The notes below the pieces were generated by a model that was given only the letters and a program-made list of their open reading frames with translations, was not told the DNA's origin and did not search any database. This document shows positions 59,801 through 64,000 of a stretch of DNA of 64,000 bases, in pieces (within the stretch, counting starts at the first letter, position 1; each line of letters begins with the position of its first letter). The stretch is taken from contig JAXLNO010000169.1 of assembly GCA_038087875.1 (NCBI GenBank), forward strand, positions 1-64,000. Direction: 5' to 3'. The stretch is from Malacoraja senta. Lineage: Eukaryota. A program made the position numbers and the translations under genes.

Positions 59801-60674
59801 AGTCAGAAGAGCAGTATTAGGCCATTCTGCCCATCAAGTCTACTCCGCCATTCAATCATGGCTGATCTATCGTTCCTCTCATCCCCAATCTCCTGCCTTC
59901 TCCCCATAACCCCTGACACCCGTACTAATCTCCGTGTGCTCCAGTTCCTCCCACACTCCAAAGACGTGCAGATTTGTAGGTTAATGGGCTTTGGTAAAAT
60001 TGTAAAATTATCCCTAGTGTGTGTAGGAGAGTGCTAGTGTGCGGGGATCGCTGGTCGTTGCGGCAGGGCCTGTTTCCATGCTGTATCTCTAAGACAAAAA
60101 CTAAAATTAAATCTGATTTAATATCAGAGATAAAATTTAATCAGGAGGACAGTCAAATAGTCGGAGAACTAGGATGGGGGAGGGATAGAGAGAGAGAGGG
60201 AAAGCAAGGGTTACTTCAAGTTAGAGAAGTCAATAGAAGGATCTCAACCCGAAACGTCACCTATTAATTCTCTCAAGAGATGCTGCCTGTCCTGCTGAGT
60301 TATTCTAGCATTTTGTGTCTATTTTCAATATTCATAACAATGGGGTGTCAAAAAAAAGGGTGTAAGCTGCCAAAGCGAAATATGAGGTGCTGTTCCTCCA
60401 ATTTGCATTGGGTGAGAGGCATTGTACCGAAAGGCCTCTTTGTCACTCTATATACATGAGGTGCCACTTTCTTTTGTATAACTAAAATTAACGGATAGTG
60501 GAATACATATTGGCTGGTTTGTGATGAACTGATTTCTATACTGCTTCTAATTTGACTGCATGGTTACTACGGCTCGGGAAATTGATGTAAATAGAATAAA
60601 ATGTAATTTACTTTCTCTCAGAAGGTCTTTAAACAGGGATAATAATCTTGATCTTATTTAGTTGCTGGATATCA

Positions 60675-61112
60675 TAGATACATAGATACATAGAAAATAG
60701 GTGCAGGAGTAGGCCATTCGGCCCTTCGAGCCTGCACCGCCATTCAATATGATCATGGCTGATCATCCAACTCAGTATCCCGTACCTGCCTTCTCTCCAT
60801 ACCCCCTGATCCCTTTAGCCACAAGGGCCACATCTAACTCCCTCTTAAATATAGCCAATGAACTGGCCTCAACTACCCTCTGTGGCAGAGAGTTCCAGAG
60901 ATTCACCACTCTCTGTGTGAAAAAGTTTTTTCTCATCTCGGTCTTAAAGGATTTCCCCCTTATCCTTAAGCTGTGACCCCTTGTCCTGGACTTCCCCAAC
61001 ATCGGGAACAATCTTCCTGCATCTAGCCTGTCCAACCCCATAAGAATTTTGTACGTTTCTATAAGATCCCCTCTCAATCTTCTAAATTCTAGCGAGTATA
61101 AGCCAAGTCTAT
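60675..61112 (-). mobile_element. Young CR1/HER1 3' fragment
   Basis: Almost identical to 45030-45465. Confidence 0.92.
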
Positions 61113-61189
61113 AGGCAAATATTATACAGAAACTCAGATATGTTATCTAGTTATATTAAAACATAGTCCGTATATTACTGTATATTTCA

Positions 61190-61570
61190 GGTCAGGTCGG
61201 GGGGAGTTTCCCCCCGCCACGGGTATCATGTAATCCCGTGCTACCTGCTCCATGGTCGGATAGTCGGCGACTAAACCGTCTCCCCCACATGGTTTGTCAG
61301 GTGAGGAGGGGGTGTGGCCCCCCAGCAGGACCAAAAGCAAGACCTAGCGAGCCAATGGCCATCCACACTTCAGTAGAAGTTGCGATCACTGTCGTACATA
61401 GCATTGTAAGGAATGATGATAAAGCACACACACCAAAATCCTATACTTCCAGTGGCGGAAGTCCGCAGGAACTGGAGGACAGAGATGTGTGGTGCGTCCG
61501 TCACCGTTCCCGTTGGAAACCAGCACCACTGTGTCGCTAATGTTTTTAACGATGATGAATGAATGATGTA
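61190..61570 (+). mobile_element. Putative RTE-derived bipartite non-autonomous element
   Basis: GC-rich structured 5' part; ELEDRDVW resembles the RTE C-terminal DRxxW motif; (GAT/GAAT)n tail. Confidence 0.45.
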
Positions 61571-61697
61571 TAGTACCGAGAGATCACTGATGGTAAAAAA
61601 GATGAAAACACTATGGTTTCCTCAGAGTGCAAAATTAATAATGATCCATTTACCTTAATTTAGTTTAGTTTAGAGATACAGCGCGGAAACAGGCCCT

Positions 61698-63091
61698 CCC
61701 CAGCTTGTCTGAATGACTACCGTCCGATGGCCCTCACCTCGGTAGTCATGAAATGCTTTGAGAGGCTGGTCAAGAAACACATCTGCGCCTTCCTCCCTCG
61801 CAACATGGACCCGCTACAATTCGCATACCGTCCGAACAGATCCACGGACGATGCGGTCTCCCAGGTTCTGCACACCGCTCTCTCTCACCTTGACAGCCAG
61901 AAGGGGGGCTATGTGAGGATGCTGTTCATAGACTTCAGTTCAGCCTTCAACACGATAGTCCCCACCAGACTTGCTGAGAAGCTGCTGGAATTGGGGCTCA
62001 ACACCCCCCTGTGTGCCTGGGTCCTGGACATTCTCACCGCCAGGCCCCAGATACTCAAGATGGGAGGAAATACATCGAAGTCCCTCACCCTGAGCACAGG
62101 ATCCCCCCAGGGTTGCGTCCTCAGCCCCCTACTGTACTCCCTGTACACACATGACTGTGTGGCTAGGTTCAACTCCAACTCTATAATCAAGTTTGCTGAT
62201 GACACTGTGGTGGTGGGCCTGATCTCCGATAACAATGAGAAGGCCTACCGCGAGGAGGTGGCTGATCTGGCACTCTGGTGTCAGGACAACAGCCTCCTCT
62301 TGAATGTCAAAAAAACTAAGGAGCTGATCGTGGACTTTAGGAGGGCACAACATCCGAGGACGTACACACCATTGAGGATAAATGGGGATACTGTGGATAG
62401 GGTGAGCTGCTTTAAATACCTGGGAGTCCACATCTCAGAGGATCTGACATGGACATCACACGCTGCAGCACTGGTGAGTAAGGCAAGGCAGCGCCTTTAC
62501 CACCTCAGGCAATTGAGGAAATTCAGAGTGTCTCTGAGGATCCTCCAGTGCTTCTACTCAGCGGCTGTGAAGCACATCTTGTCCGGAAACATCACAATTT
62601 GGTTTAGGAACTGCTCTGCCCAAGACAAGAAGGCTCTGCAGAGAGTAGTGCGTTCTGCCGAATGCACTATGGGGACTACACTCGCCCCCCTGCAGGATCT
62701 GTACATCAGAAGATGCAACTCCAGAGCCAACAAGATCATGGGAGACACCTTCCACCCCAGCAACGGACTGTTCCAGCTGCTACGGTCAGGCAAACACCTC
62801 CGTTGCCATGCTGTGAAAACGGAGAGGATAAGAAGGAGTTTCTTCCCAGAGGCCATTAGGACTAAACTCCTATCTCACCAGGGACTAACTTTACTGAACC
62901 ACTCTACTGTTGTGTGGGGTCTTTTTTAAATTGCTGTTTTTTCTTTTTTTTCCTCCCACAAATATGTAATATGTAAATATGTGATTCTGTTCCATTCTGT
63001 TTTGTAGTTTTTTGCACAATCCACAAGCATTGCCACTTTTCATTTCACTGCACATCTCGTATGTGTATGTGACGAATAAACTTGACTTGAC
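61698..63091 (+). mobile_element. Rex1/Babar LINE, 5'-truncated (RT ORF 61727-62929), inserted in a SINE
   Basis: [62 protein letters not shown](CTTGA)n tail; host SINE ACAGGCCCT|TCAGCCC is split. Confidence 0.92.
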
Positions 63092-64000
63092 TTCAGCCCA
63101 AGTGCACACCAACCAGCGATCCCGCACATTAACACTATCCTACACACACTACGGACAATTTACAATCTTTACCGAAACCAATTAACCTACAAACCTGAAA
63201 GTCTTTAGAGTTTAGGAGGAAACCGAAACACCCGGAGAAAACGCACGTGGTCACTGGGTGAAGGTACAAACATCCGTACAGACAACACCCGTAGTCGGGA
63301 TCGAACCCATGTCTCTGGTGCTGTGATGCAGCAACTCTACCGCTGCGTCTCTGTGCCAACCCAAATTTATCTGAGTTAACTGCATGGTGGTGCAATGGCA
63401 GAGTTGCTGCCTTACTGAGCCAGACACCCGGATTCAATCCCGACTACGGGTCCTGTCTGTACGTAGTTTATACGTTCTTCCCGTGACCTGATTGGGTTTT
63501 CTCCAAGATCTTTGGTTTCCTCTCACACTCCAAAGATGTACAGGTTTGTAGGTTAATTGGCTTGGAATAAATGTAAATTGTCCCTAGTGTTTGTAGGATC
63601 GTGCTAATATGCGGGGATCGCTGGTCGGTACGGAAGGGCCTGTATCTGCGCTGTATCTCTAAAACTAAAACTGAAACTACATCTGATTTATCTGATTTAT
63701 CAGAGCCCAGCGAACTAATTGAAAGAGTGTTCGTGTTTGCTATAGAATCAAATTACTCATTCTTAATACTCAATGCAGGGAACCAAGAGCCGTAGTATCA
63801 AAACAAACAGAGGGTGTTGGATATCTGGCAAGGGATTACAGAATAACATGGAGTTGTTTTATTTGGAGCAAGAAGACAGCATGAATGTTTGTTCTTCTGT
63901 AGCTGAGCAGCAAGATTAGATCACTGCCTGCAGCCCCCTGTTGGAGATTTCATGCAGTTTAGATCATACAGAATTAAATGGTAATAATGATAGGTTTTTT

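Overview
Vertebrate nuclear DNA, most likely a cartilaginous fish such as a skate or ray. This is inferred from the dense HE1-like V-SINEs and HER1/CR1 LINEs. The window is almost entirely transposon-derived, and most short ORFs in the track are repeat artefacts. Large elements: a full-length L1-clade LINE (12157-18437), an intact single-ORF HERO-like RLE retrotransposon (34147-37974), a near-complete CR1 ORF2 nested in a Rex1/Babar LINE, further Rex1 copies, a deleted Gypsy element, and Helitron, Harbinger, hAT and Tc1 non-autonomous DNA elements. The only recognisable host coding sequence is one 70-bp bleomycin hydrolase (BLMH)-like exon on the minus strand. Three things stand out. (1) Two different tiny retroposons whose 5' ends fold as HDV-like self-cleaving ribozymes and whose 3' ends are (GAA)n tails; one is a textbook 54-nt ribozyme with a 12-bp TSD and an empty paralogous site. 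(2) An abundant Penelope-like repeat carrying minimal hammerhead cores, including an insertion that starts at the predicted cleavage site. (3) An old, colinear inverted duplication spanning at least 1-58 kb, which supplies filled/empty site pairs for many insertions. All alignments and folds were done by eye.
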